Source: the human T2T-CHM13v2.0 reference genome, Homo sapiens
Direction: 5' to 3' (one strand)
Length of the DNA: 64,000 nt
Assembly: GCF_009914755.1 (NCBI RefSeq)
Contig: NC_060936.1
Below are positions 40,337-63,210 of the stretch, piece by piece. The translations under genes and the position numbers were made by a program. Each line of letters opens with the position of its first letter. Positions within the stretch are counted from its first letter, which is position 1. The notes below the pieces were generated by a model. The model was not told the DNA's origin. It saw nothing but the letters and a program-made list of their open reading frames with translations, and ran no database searches.

Positions 40337-41149
40337 TCCTGGGAGAAAGGAAGGAAACCCAGAGGGTTAGGAGAGCTAGCCCCGGTGCCAGCACTGCCAG
40401 AGTGATCCCTTCCTTCGCTTCCCAGCAAGCCAAGCAAGGCCTCAGACGAGAGAGCATCCTGGAGACCTGGGCTCTAATCGCAAGTGGGCCACCTACTCAC
40501 CATGTGACATCAGACAGGTAATCACGCCTTGGCCTCAGCTCTATCAGGGATCACCCTCCACTCCTGACCTCTCACACATTTGCTGGGAGGCTGAAGAGAG
40601 AACACTCAAACCTTGGAGCTTTCAAAATGCATGAGGTGAGGCCGGGCACAGTGGCTTATGCATGTAATACCAGCACTTTGGGAGGCCAAGGCTGGTGGAT
40701 CACAAGGTCAGAAGTTCGAGACCAGCCTGGCCAACATGGTGAAACCCCGTCTCTACTAAAAATACAAAAAATTAGCTGGGCATGGTGGCGCACGCCTGTA
40801 ACCCCAGCTACTTAGGAGGCTGAGGCAGGAGAATCACTTGAACCCAGGAGGCGGAGGTTGCAGTGAGCGAGATCGCGCCATTGCACTCCTGCCTGGGTGA
40901 CAGAGCAAGACTCTGTCTTGAGAAAAAAAAAAAAAAGAAGAAGAAAGAGAATTAGCCAGGCATGGTGGCAGGCACCTGTAATCTCAGCTACTCAGGAGGC
41001 TGAGGGAGGAGCATCACTTGAACCGAGGAGGTGGAGGTTGTAATGGGCCAAGATCGAGCCACTGCACTCCAGCCTGGGCAACAGAGTGAGACTGTGTCTC
41101 AAAAAAAAAAAAGAATAGTCTATCTATCTATGTGAAAAATTCAGGGACA

Positions 41150-41265
41150 CCCACACACACAGATAATCCATCCACACACACATACTCCATCCACACACAC
41201 ACGATCCACTCCCACACACAATCCATCCACACACACGCACAATCCATCCACACACACATATAGTC
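41150..41265. repeat. Short minisatellite of (ATCCATCCACACACAC)-like units
   Basis: About five degenerate units of 20-24 bp. Confidence 0.75.
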
Positions 41266-41593
41266 CACATGTTTCTTTTATATATTTTTTTAATTTTTTT
41301 ATTTGAATTTTTTTTTGTTTTGTTCCACATGTTTCCATGTGCACAGAGCATTTCAGGAAACATGCATGACAGGCTGGCCAGGGTGGGGCCTCTGAGGAGA
41401 GCTGGCCCTCGGGATCATAGCACCCACCTTTTGCACAGTTTGATGTTTTACCATGTGCCTCTATTACTTACTTAAATGCATACATTTAAAAAAAACCTGG
41501 GCTGGGCGCGGTGACTCACACCTGTAATCCCAGCACTTTGGGAGGCCGAAGCGGGCGGATCACGAGGTCAGGAGATCGAGACCATCCTGGCTA

Positions 41594-41719
<126 letters not shown>

Positions 41720-42002
41720 CTACAGATCGAGACTCTGTCTCAAACAAACAAACAAACAAACAAAAACAACCTGGCAGCTGGCTCTTCTGACATGCAGTTC
41801 CAAGTATCTTGGCTTAAATGGACGATCCCAGGACCCAGCAAAATGCCTGACTCATAGTAGATGTTCAATAAATATTTATTTAAAAAAAAACAAAATAACC
41901 TAACTTTTGGGAAGCCCAATATTCAGTTAGGAAAAGCTCTTTCATAATTATTAATTTTGTCATAATTATTATAGCAGTGACTAATCACAGCTTTTAAATT
42001 TT

Positions 42003-42038
42003 ATTCATTCATTCATTCATTCATTCATTCATTCATTC
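42003..42038. repeat. (ATTC)n tetranucleotide repeat
   Basis: Direct reading. Confidence 0.9.
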
Positions 42039-42878
42039 CAGTAGAGATGGGGTTTTGCTATGTTGGCCAGGCTGGTCTCCAACTCCTGGCCTCAAGCGTT
42101 CTGCCCACCTCAGCCTCCCAAACTGCTGGGATTACAGGCATGAGCCACAGCACCTGGCTTGCTGTTGTTTTAAGTCACATTTTGGGGTAGTTTGGTACAC
42201 AGCAACAGGAAGGGGAATATTAACATAATTTGCCCAAAGTCACGCTGTGAGTGAGGCAGGGAGGCAGGATTTGAACTCGGGCAGCTGGCTCCAGGGCTCA
42301 GGCTCTCTCTGCGACCCATGGGTGTGGCTCAGGCTCCTGCTTCTGGATGGGCTCTGGGGGATGAAGCAGCTGGGGTGGCCCGGGGTCTAGCCACAGCCAC
42401 GTCCACCCACCCAGCCTTCCCATCTCCCCTGCCTTCTGCTGAGAGTCTCAGGGAGGATTTGATTCTCCTCAACTTGGGCCGGGCCAGAAGAGATCAGCTG
42501 ACGATGGCCAAGGGGCTCTCTGGTTCCCCCTCCCTCCACCATCCCAGAAGGCCAGGCAAGGGTGGCTAGCCAGAGACCCATCTCCAATGCCACCTTGTCC
42601 AGCCCCCTGTCCTGGGCACTCCTAGCTTGGACATCCATCCCCCGCTCCCAGAATGAGCCAGACATCCCTTGGTCAGAGGGAGAATGAGGGGTGGGGATTC
42701 CAACTGCCCCGCCAGACTTAGCATCCCCTAAATAGGTCACCCCTTGTCTATCTGAATTAACTGACATTCGGGGCCTGGGAGGGGAACTTGAACAGACACC
42801 CTCTCTCCGCTGGATCTCTCGAATAAAAATCAGAGACTGGGGCAAACTTCAAAACAGGACATCCCCAAATCGGCATGA

Positions 42879-43223
<345 letters not shown>

Positions 43224-43713
43224 TGACATTAAAGGCCGGTGTAGGTCACCAAGGCCTGGCCTCAGGGACAATCGGGGTGGGAGTCAGAGGAGCCGGCCAC
43301 GAAGACCCTTTTCAGGTGGGTTTGGGGCGCCTCTCTCGCCGTTTGTCCCAGGCGGTGCCATGGGATGCCTTCAGGTAAAAGGACAGGGCTCCCTCTGCCG
43401 CGGCTTTCCGTGAAGTGAGCATCCATTAACTGCATCCAGCCTGCCCCAAGGATCCCTGCCCCAAGGATCGCAAGACTTCAGAAGAGGTTGTGCCCGGGGA
43501 GGAGGAGGGAGGGAGCCCTGAAGCCGCTGTCTGCCCACTCCGGCAGTCGGAAGCCACCTTCCCTTTCACTTGGTTCACAGTAAGTGCTCAGTCGATATGA
43601 ACTATTATGAAATCTGGGCTGGACACCTTAAGTGCAGGTCATCCTTTCACCGTCACAACCACCTGAGGAGGAAGGCGCTATGCTCATCCCCATTCTACAG
43701 ATGTGGAAGCTGA

Positions 43714-44208
<495 letters not shown>

Positions 44209-44395
44209 TCAGTCTTGAACTTGTGGCCTCAAGCAACCCTCCCACCTCAGCCTTCCAAAGTGTTGGGATTACAGGCATCAGCCACCATGCCCAGCCTTGA
44301 CAGACTCTTTCTATGTCTCCCTCTTCCCCTGGGAAACCACAGGCTAGCCCGGGACACTCCAGTCCTGAGGTGGGACTGAGGATGGGGCCACTTAC

Positions 44396-44510
44396 CCGGC
44401 AAAGGTGATGGGTCTGAGCAGGAGTCAGAGCCAAGCCAGCGAGGGAGGGATCAACTGAGTAGATAGCCCACGAAGAGAGGGGGCTGAGGACGGGTGGACA
44501 GTCTTCTGAA
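44396..44510 (-). other. SDS: SDS non-coding exon 1 (5'UTR); 5' end approximate
   Basis: Consensus donor GCCGG|gtaagt (CTTAC at 44391-44395); sequence agrees with my recollection of the SDS mRNA leader; TATA-like element about 30 bp upstream. Confidence 0.8.
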
Positions 44511-44534
44511 TGGTCCCAGGGGCTACTTGGTCCT

Positions 44535-44572
44535 GGGCTTTATTCCTCTGGCACCTCTGGGCAGCCAATGGG
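44535..44572 (-). promoter_or_regulatory. SDS: SDS core promoter: TATA-like AATAAA (44539-44544) and inverted CCAAT box (AGCCAATGG, 44563-44571)
   Basis: Motifs lie at about -30 and -60 from the inferred start site. Confidence 0.55.
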
Positions 44573-44756
44573 GCCCTGGGGCTGGCTACACCCCCCCCTC
44601 CCTCCTGCCAGGACCCACCCCCCTGGCTTGAGGCCACTGAGGCTGTCAGAAGGGAGGTGGAATCTGGCCAAGCTTTCTTCTTTGGCAGCTTCCTCCTGCC
44701 TTTCCCACAACCCACTCCTCCTCCCTCTTTCCACTTCCCCTTTCTGTCCTCAGTTT

Positions 44757-49339
<4,583 letters not shown>

Positions 49340-51322
49340 GTTTCTTCACTTGCAAATGGGGACAATATCTATTTTCCAAGGACCGTTAGGAAAATGGAAT
49401 AAGGATTGTGTGAGATAATGCACTTAAAGTTGCTAGCATGTGCTTGGCACGTAGTAGGTGCCCAAGAAACAATAACAGTAATAAAGCTAGAATGTCTAAC
49501 AGCCACTGAGCCCTCAGCAAGTACCAAACCACAGAGGACGCGGGTACTGTTATTATCTCCATCTTACAGAAAGGGAAACAGGCACATGAGATTGTCATTT
49601 GCCCAAGATCACCCAGGCAATAAGAGGGAGGAGCTGGCCTCAGAACCCAGGCAGTCTGCTCCTAAACCTGCAATCCAAAACAGGCTGGGTGCGGTGGCTC
49701 ACTCCTGTAATCCCAGCACTTTGAGAGGCTGAGGCAAGCCGATCACTTGAGGTCAGGAGTTCGAGACCAGCCTGGGCAACATGGTGAAACCCTGTCTCTA
49801 CTAAAAATACAAAAATTAGTGGGATGTGGTGACGGGCACCTGTAATCTCAGCTACTCGGGAGGCCGAGGCAAGAGAGTTGCTTGAACCCGGGAGGAGGAG
49901 GTTGCAGTGAGCTGAGATTGCACCACTTCACTCCAGCCTGGGTGACAGAGTGAGACTCTGTCTCAAAAAAAAAAAAAAAGTTTCTTACCCCATCAATATA
50001 CCCCATAAGTATATACACCTACTGTGTACCCACCAAAATTTTTTAAAATTAAAAAAAAACTAAAAACCGCCAAGCAGAGCAGTTCTGTATTGCCTTCCCC
50101 CCTCATCCTTTTATGACCTTTGGCATGAAGGGGTGGGGGGGGGGGTAAGACCCCAGGGGAGCAGGGTTCAAATCCTGGCTCTGTTGTTTCCTAGCTGTGT
50201 GGCAATGGACAAGCTATTCTGCCTTCTGGAGCCTCGATTTGCTTATCTGTGAAATGGGAATGATAATGGTACCTCCCTTCTAGGCTTAGGTGACTTGACA
50301 ATGCATGTGTGAGAGGGGCCTCGAATTGACTGAGTGTTTGGTAAGTTAGCAGCCATCGTCATCGTCATCATCATCATCATCATCACAGAACTGGAAGGTC
50401 TTGCATCTGAAAACTCTCCATGCCCCATGCCAAGCCTCTTGTTTGTTCCCAGCTGTGCGGAGATCTGTCTGTCCACAGGGCAGCACACACATACACACAC
50501 ACACACCATACACATGCACAGAGGTCTGTCTGGCTGGCTCTCTCCCTGGCCCCCTCAACAAAGCTCTCTTGTCAAGCTGGCCAGGACGAGAATATTGATG
50601 AGACAGAGGGCAACCAGGGTACAAACAGCCTGCTCAGCCGTCGTCCTCTGTGGGACAAGCTGTCACCTCTCCCTGGCCCCCTCTGACCTTCCATGGCGCT
50701 CCCAGGCTCCCTCCCCAGTGGAGCATCCATGGGTGAGTTTTGGGGATGAGGGGTGGCAAACCTAGGGGGAGGCGGGGATGGCGAAGTTCACGTGGAGACA
50801 GAGCCTCCCTCGTGTGCACCTGAGTGTATACAGCTGGTGCTCCCATTGCTGGAGCACCTCCCAGTGCCCGATCCCATGCCTTATGTTTCCCAGGTGGGGT
50901 CTCTCATAAGCCCCAGACAACCACAGGAATGGGCATTTTGATTCTCAAGGTACAGGTGACGAATAGGCTCAGAGGTTGGGTAAAAGTGTCCATGGGAGCA
51001 CCAGGTAGTGAATGGCAGTAGAGGAAGGTCAGCTCAGGAATCCTGAGTCCTTTGAGGACACAGGGTCAGTGGAAAGGGTTGAGCAGGAAGGGGGTGGGAG
51101 AGCTTGCCTGCCTGGTAACCTTCAGAGGTCTCAGATTTAGGGTTTTGATGATATCTCCACATGAGGTTACCCACGAAGTCAGGGAGTTCAGACTGAAGGA
51201 AGACAGCAATTCACTATCTTACACCACCAAATTAATTTACACTCCAGTGTCATGATTGAATATGGGGGGGGGGAGATGGATTTGGAGCTGCAACTGGTAG
51301 GGACAAGATGACGAACTCTCTA

Positions 51323-51648
<326 letters not shown>

Positions 51649-51981
51649 TTAAAAAAAAAATGCATCAAAGCTGAGTGTGGTGGTGTGCACCTGTCTACTC
51701 AGGAGGCTGAGGTGGGAGGATCGCTTGAGCTCAGGAGTTCAAGATCAATCTGGGCAATGTAACAAGACTCTGTCTTAAAAGAAAAAAAAAAGAATGCATC
51801 AGTGTTGTGATCTGAAAAACATCAACTTAAGAAAATGGATGATATAAGAACCAAAAAAGGGGAAAAAGACAAAATATATATCACTGTCTTTGATATCCCG
51901 TCTGGGAATATGCTTTTTAAAATAACAACTCGACTGAGATATAAATCATGTAGCAATACAATTCACCCATTTAGAGTATGA

Positions 51982-52404
<423 letters not shown>

Positions 52405-52591
52405 TAATGGAATCACACAATGTGTGGGCTTTTGTGTCCAGCTGCTTTCACTGGTGGCACGTTTTCACGATTCATCCACATCGCAGCACGTACCAGTCCT
52501 CCATTCCTTCTCATGAATAATATTATTCCATCCTATGGATAAGCCACATGTTGATTATCTGTTCATCAATTCATGGACATTTGCTTTCTGA

Positions 52592-52886
<295 letters not shown>

Positions 52887-53599
52887 TGAGCCTGGCAACC
52901 TCTTAATTTTTAAATATGCAACAATAACAACAAAAAACCCTACACATGCCGTACATGTGTGTTTCTTTGTCCCGTCATGTGGATGGGCTGACTGAGAACC
53001 TAAGAGGACGAGGGGCTTGCCCTAGGTCACTCTGGGGAGAATGGGGGCAGAACCAGTTAGAGTGGCCACGTGATAGGGGCATTCTGACCAGTCCATCAGC
53101 TGCTGGAGGGGTCTCAGGGAAAGGCTCGAACCTCAGAGGGATTAGTTCATACCTGTGATTGTAGTATCCCAGGCTTGTTCATTTCCAGACAGCAAGCAAA
53201 TCACTTCCCTGAGAGGCTGTGTAACCTTGTGGTGGACAGCATGGGCTGTGCAGTCGGACAGGCCCAAGTTCAAATCCAACCTCTGCCATCAACTTGCTAT
53301 GTGACCTTGAACAAGTCACTTAACCTTTCTGTGCTTTGGTTTCTTCAACTAAGAGTAGTTTCCACCTCTTAGATTTGTTATGAGGCTTAAGTAGCTTAAT
53401 TGATGTAAAGCTGTAAGGACAGTTCCCAGCACATAGTCAGCACTCAAGAGGTGATGGCTGGACCAGGCGCTGTGACTCACGCCTGTAATCCCAGCACTTT
53501 GGGAGGCCGAGGCGGGTGGACCACTTGAGCCCAGGAGTTGGAGACCAGACTTAGCAACGTGGCAAGACCCTGTCTCTACAAAAAATACAAAAAAAATCA

Positions 53600-53788
<189 letters not shown>

Positions 53789-53955
53789 TTAAGAGGGCAT
53801 TAGGGCATTCATGTCTGTAGCTCCGGGTGCTGGAGCACAAGGGTGCTCTTCTCTTACCTAGTTTTCCTTTAAAAGGTCTTGGATGACTGGGTGAGCCTGT
53901 AGTCCCAGCACTTTGGGAGGCCAAGGTGGGCAGATCACCTGAGGTTGGGAGTTCA

Positions 53956-54225
<270 letters not shown>

Positions 54226-54750
54226 TCACCTTCTGTTCATTTCGCAGATGGACAAACTGAGGCCCAGCTCCATCTAAAACAAGCCTGAAATCCTAGGAGG
54301 AGGATGGTGGAGTCCCGCCAGGGAGCTTTGTCAAGTGCCTCTGTCATCTCCACTTCCTGGATCAGTTACATCATACCCTCCAGGGAAGTGTCCCGGGGGA
54401 TGGCCAGATCAGCCTGTCCTTTGTGGCAGGAGGTGGGGATTCTGACGGTTGTTTTCACAGCTCGGGAGGACAGGCAGCTCTCACCTCTGTTTGCCCTCCC
54501 TGGCCAGTGCAGCCAGCTCCTGAGTCTCGTGGTTAACTAAGGTCTCAGACCTCAGGCTGAAACTGCTACCCTGCTGTGTGACCTTGGGGTGGTGGTCACC
54601 TAAGTTCCCTTAGCCTCAGTTTCCTGCCTGGAGAGATGGGAACGATGATAGCTACTAGGTATTGTGAGTCTTATAGATAATGGCAGCCTAGGGCCAGGCA
54701 CCGAGTAAGGACTCAAAGAATAGCAGCTGCTATTTTAAAATTTAATTTAA

Positions 54751-54936
<186 letters not shown>

Positions 54937-56109
54937 TAAGAGATTAAGTTTCACCATGTTGGCCAGGATGATTTCGAACTCCTGACCTCAGGTGATCCGC
55001 CCACCTCAGCCCCCAAAGTGCTGGGATTACAGGCGTGAGCCACCGCACCCGGCCCCAAACGTCTTGATGTGTCTTTCTCTGTCACATGCACTGCACCTGC
55101 TGCAGCAGGAAGGCCAGGTGGCCTTACCTTCAAAATACCCAGAATGTGACCACTTCTCACCAAGGTCTGCTGCCGCCACCCTGCTTCAAGCCCCTGAGTC
55201 CTGTGCCTGGACCCTTGCAGGAGTTCCGCACTGGGGTCCCTGGCAGCTGATTCCCCACACAGCAGCTGGAGGGATCCTATTCTGCTGGAGTCAGGTCACA
55301 TTGCTGCTCTGCTCAAGAGCCTCCCATGGCTCCCGTCTTACTTGGAATAAAAGCTGAAGTCCTGACGGTGCTTCAGCCTCCAAGGCTCTGCGTGATGTGG
55401 CTCCATTCTCTTTCTGTCCTCTTCCTCGCCGACTGTCCCCTCCATTCATTCTACTGCAGCCACACTGGCCTCTCTGCTGTTCCTGCTGCACTCGGGGCAC
55501 CCTCCTGCCTCAGGGCCTTTGCACCTGACCTTTCCTGCCTGTCTCCGTCTTCCCCTAGATATCAGGGTGTCTCACCCCCTTACCTCCTGTAAATATTTAC
55601 TTACATGTCACCTTCACAGAGAGGACTTCCCTGGTCCCTCTATTGAAAACCACACAGCCTGTTTTTGTTTTTTTTTGGTAGCACTTGCCATTATCTTACC
55701 CGCCATTTCCCTGGTTAGTGCCTGTTCCCCAACTCCAGCTGCACCCCACTAGACTGTGAGCTCCAGGAGGGCAGGGTTTTTGCCTGTTTTGTTTCCTGCT
55801 GAATTCCCAGTGCCTAGAACAGTGCCTGGCATAAGGTAAGTGCTCAATAAACATCGGTTAATTCATTACCAAGTGAAATGAACAAAATATCTGAGAAGCA
55901 TAAGAAGAAGAAGAGGAAAAATGCTAAATGATCACCCGTGCTGTGCAGGCATGGGGCTGGGGAGCATCGCAGTAGCTCTGACAGTGGGCTCTTGTAATGA
56001 TCGTGACTGAGGAGCTCTGGGAGACCTTGCTCAAAGTGCATACAGTGTCTGCGGGTGGTGGCTCATGCTTGTAATCCCAGCACTTTGGGAGGCCTAGGCA
56101 GGCGGATCA

Positions 56110-56421
<312 letters not shown>

Positions 56422-56669
56422 TTATACCTGCTCTAAGCCAGTATGTGTTTCCACCGCTTGCCCAGCTTTCTTACTACCCAGTTTTCACGCATTCATCATT
56501 CTAAATGCAAAAGCACCCCAAATGTTCTAAAGACTCAGTGCTTGATAAGGCCCCTGGAACGTTTTTTGCCTTCTGCCCTTCCTTTTGCAGGACTGGTGTT
56601 TCTGCACACCCTCCACTTTCTCCAGCCCCTGTGCAAGTAAGGCTCCACCCCAGACCCCCTACTCAAGGA

Positions 56670-56910
56670 CAGTGGTTCTCAAAGTGGGGCGATTTTGCAA
56701 CCCGGGTGTGGGCATTGGCCAATGTCTGGAGACATTTTGGGGTGTCAAGCCTGGGATAGAGGGTGCTATTAGCATCTGGTGGGTGGAGGCCAGGGCGGCT
56801 GCTATGCACAGGACTGGAAGATGTAACGTGATCTCCTGCAGTGCACATGACTGCCGCTCACACCAAAGAATGATCTGGCCCCAAATGTCAGTAGTGCTGA
56901 GGTTGGGGAA
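56670..56910. mobile_element. MER20-like hAT-Charlie DNA transposon
   Basis: cagtggttctcaaa...gcgatttt...caatgtctggagacatttt...ggccccaaatgtcagtagtgctgaggttg. Confidence 0.8.
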
Positions 56911-56924
56911 TATGGGGTGAGTCC

Positions 56925-58407
<1,483 letters not shown>

Positions 58408-59520
58408 CCTCTGTGAATTCTTTCAGCTCAGACGCTGTGGCTGTGAATTTCTATCTGTTGGGACAAGAGCATCCAGGTTGGATGTGGGGTCCCTGGAAGA
58501 TTGGTCCCATGGCCTATTTGCTGGGCAAGCTGGAGCAAGTTACTTAACCTTTCTGTGCTTCAGCTTCTCCCTTGATCACTGATTCCTTTCCTTTTCAAGG
58601 GCAAGAGGACAGAGGGAAAGTTCCTCTGTATAAAGGTCTCAAAGGTAAACACTTACAAGGGGTCAATCAAGGGGCGGTTAGGTGTTGGGGCTGCAGTAGG
58701 GAGAGGTTAGGACAGCGAGACACATAGAGCCATGTCCCTTTACAGAGGACAGTGTGCCCCAGCTCCAGCCAGGGGGAATGTGACCTCCCAGTGTGAGACC
58801 CTCTCTGGTCTCCAGTGCTCCAGTGATTTGTCATCTTGGCCAGGGTTGATGAGTCTGAGAACTTAGGTAAGATGCTCTGTTGTATTGGGTGTTGGGAGAC
58901 CTGCACCCGAATTCCGGCACAGTTATTACTCACTAGCTGGGGCTGCCTGAGCCTCAGCTCTTTTGCCATTTAGGGGAACTAAGCCTTCGGCCTTGGGAAG
59001 CATATGACGAAGAGTCCAGGGTTAAATCTGCAAATTGGGAAAGGAAAGGCTAATCTCAGGCGTCAGAGGCTTCGTCCCTCTTCTCCACGCAATTCCCTTG
59101 CCCTGGGAACAGGAAGGTCAGCCAGGGGTGAGGATGGTGTAATGAAGCTTAATGAATAACCCAGGGGACTGGCCGGGGTGGGTGTTTTGCGGCCCAAGGT
59201 GTCAGGGACAGGGGCTGGCTGACGAACATGGCTCTGGTGGGGACAGGTCAGTGACCTGGCCCACCTCTCCAGCCTCATCTGCTCTCCAATGCAGCCACGT
59301 GGCTTCCCCAGCCCATCCTCTTTGTCACCCAAGCCAGGAGCTCTGGAGCCTCGTCCCTCTGGGTCTGAGCCCTGACTCTGCTACTGCTGTGTGACCTTGG
59401 GAAAGCGACTTGGCCTCTCTGGCCCTATTTCCACAATGTAGGGTTTATTATAATACTTACTTTTCCAGGTAGTTGTTAGCATTCTGTAATATAATGACAT
59501 CATGGTACTTTGAACGCTTA

Positions 59521-59972
<452 letters not shown>

Positions 59973-60194
59973 TCACATCCACTGTACTAGGGAAGTAGTG
60001 TTTTATCCCCATCTTACATTTGAGGGAACAAGGCACAGAGAGGTTAAGTGACTTACAAAAGGTCACAGGGTCACACAGTGAGAAAGTGGCAGAACAAGTA
60101 TTTGTATCAGAGCCTGGCTGCAGGTCTGTGTTTTAACTACTAGGCATGCTGCTTGTTCATGCCAGAAACTACTACTACTATTATTGCTACTAAT

Positions 60195-60466
60195 AATTTA
60201 TATACAAATATATATATTATATACAAATATATATATATTTATATACAAATATATATAATATACAAATATATATTTATATACATATACATATTTATATACA
60301 AATATATATATTTATATACATATATATTTGTATACAAACATGTATATTTGTATACAAATATATATATTATATACAAGTATATATATTTATATAAATATAT
60401 ATTATATACAAATATATATATTTATAAACATATATATACACACACACATATATATATTTATATATG
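60195..60466. repeat. AT-rich (TA)n / TATACAAATA low-complexity repeat
   Basis: Direct reading. Confidence 0.92.
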
Positions 60467-60474
60467 TTTTTTAA

Positions 60475-60678
<204 letters not shown>

Positions 60679-62469
60679 TGACCTCAGGTGATCCAGCTGC
60701 CTCGGCATCCCAAAGTGCTGGGATTACAGGCATGAGCCACCATGCCTGGCCAATTAATATATTTTTTAAAGAGGCTCCATTTTTAAACTTTAATACCTAC
60801 CTTAGCTTCTTCCTAAGCCATCATATCCATGAAACTATGGGTCTGATATTTTATATGTACATACACATACATATGTATACACATATATATATACCTACAT
60901 ACATACACACATCTTTCCTAATGCACACAGAAATAGATTGCCAACTATTAAAAAACCTTTGGGGGCTGGGCGCAGTGGCTGTTGCCTGTAATCCGAGCAT
61001 TTTGGGAGGCTAAGGTAGGAGGATTGCTTGAGGTCAGGAGTTCAAGATCAGCCTGGGCAGCACAGTGAGACCTCGTTTGTAAAACAAACAAACAAACAAA
61101 CAAACAAACAAATAAACAGTGTGGGTTACGCTGGACAGCATGCACGTGTTGGTGTACAGTAGACATGCACTAAATGCAGCTAGTCTGCTTCTTGTCAAAG
61201 TCTGAGCTGTGTGCTGAGTCTCTGCCTACTTCAAGAAGCCCTCCCTGATCTTGCCCCATCCCCAGCTACCCTATGGGGACTTTCTGCCCTCTGTCATCTT
61301 AGGAAGTGTTATTGTTGCTACCGAATTGGGTGTCTTCCTCTCCCCTCCATGCTGGGGGCCACTTCAAGGCACAAACTGGATTTTATCACCTCTGTGTCCC
61401 CAGTACCCAGTCCAGGACAAGGCACCCAACAAGGATGGATGTGTGTCTAAAGCGAGGATGGGTAGAAACTTGCCAGAGTCCACATTAAGGATCACGGCCA
61501 AGCAGCTCCATCTAACCCCAAGTGGCTGGGAGTTAATCATCAAACCTGGGGAGATCAGAAACAGCCCAAGAAGGACACACAACATCTGTGATGCCAGGTC
61601 TTCCTGTTCCCACTTTCCACATAGGGAAACTGAGGCCCAGAGATGGGCACGAGCTGCTCAGGTTCACCCAGTGAGATGGTGCAGAGACAAGACATGAATT
61701 TGACCATGTCATTCCCCCCACCTAAAGCCTTCTGTGGCTCCCTAGTGCCCCTGGGTAAGGTCCAAACTCTGGATTGGTACAGGCATCCCTGTGGACTCTG
61801 ATCTCTGCCCACATCTCCAGCCTCAACCCCACTTGCTTCCCCACCCCTGCCTTCTCCCTCCCAGCCCCACTGGATACTACCCTGACCCTGGAATATATCA
61901 TGTTTTTCATTTCCAGACCTTTGCACTCCCTGTGCCTGACTCCTGGCTCCACTCAGACTTCCCCTCCTCCAGGAAGCCTCCCCAGCCCCCCAGGGCCAGG
62001 CGGGGTGCCTGCTCTGGGTTCCACAGCCCTGCCCCACCCTGCCAGCTGCTAACATCTGATAGCACTAATAAGTGCTCTCTAATGGCCCTCTCTAAGGGCT
62101 TTGTGAAGGCAGAGGACATGCTATTTTGTTTGAGGCCAAAGTTCCAGGGATTGGCACATAGTAGGTGTCCAATAAACATTTAATGAATGAATGAATGGTC
62201 AGTCATTCATCTGAGTAGCAAATAATTGCTTGGGTTCTCATGCTGCGTGTAAAATATCCGAGACGGAGAGGTGCTTCAGACAAAAATATACCTTTCCCAT
62301 GTCACAAATAATAATTATAATAATTGTTTCCTTGGCCAGGTGCAGTGGCTCACGCCTGTAATCCCAGCACTTTGGGAGGCAGAGGCAAGCAGATCACCTG
62401 AGGACAGGAGTTCGAGACTGGCCTGGCCAACATGGTCAAACCCTGTCCCTACTAAAAATACAAAAATTA

Positions 62470-62613
<144 letters not shown>

Positions 62614-62879
62614 TCAAAAAAAAAAAGTTCCCTTGTCCTTGTTTTCCCATCCCAGACCTAAGCTGACCCCAACAGTGGTTCAGCATCCGGGACAATCACT
62701 AGACCTAAAATGAGAAGACATGGAGATGCCTGCATCCCGGAAGAGATGGCCCAGGGCCAGGGGTAAAGGCTGTCTCTGCCCCTTGCTGTCTGGGAAGCTT
62801 TGGCCAAATAAGTTCCCTTTTCTGAGTTTCAGTTTGCTCATCTGTCAAATGAGACAGGGTGGTGCATGAGTCATAGGCA

Positions 62880-63210
62880 GTGCCCGGGAAAGCGGTGAGG
62901 GTTGCTCTCATCCCCTCTCCTCCTCCGTCTTCACCCGGAGGCTTAGGGTCTGGAGCTTTCTCTTTAACAAAGGAGGAGGGACCAAGGTTGCCGGAAGCTG
63001 CCTGAAGCTGGACAGAGCCGGTTCCTGGAAAGAGCTGGTTCCCTGGCAGGCTGGAGGGCAGGAGCTGGGGCCACGCTGGTCTGGGATAGTTGGGCAGGGA
63101 GGTAAGGGGTCTGGGGCCAGCTGGGGCCCCTGGGGCTCAGTGTGTGTGTGAATGAGAGGCTGATGAGAGGCTGCAGGAGTTTGGGAGGCTTTGGGCAAAG
63201 TCCAAGCTGA
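62880..63210 (+). promoter_or_regulatory. SDSL: SDSL promoter region: ETS-type CCGGAAG (62991-62997) and HNF4-type GGGCAAAGTCCA (63193-63204)
   Basis: Repeat-free GC-rich segment with a few CpGs and exact motif matches. Confidence 0.5.
63000..63101 (+). other. SDSL: SDSL (serine dehydratase-like) non-coding exon 1; start approximate, coding exons beyond the window
   Basis: Donor GGGAG|gtaagg at 63101/63102; sequence agrees with my recollection of the SDSL 5'UTR; the known gene order is PLBD2-SDS-SDSL. No SDSL coding sequence is in the window to confirm. Confidence 0.7.

Noticed and set aside
44539-44544. Minus-strand AATAAA as a polyadenylation signal
   Set aside because: Its position about 30 bp upstream of SDS exon 1 fits a TATA-like box better.
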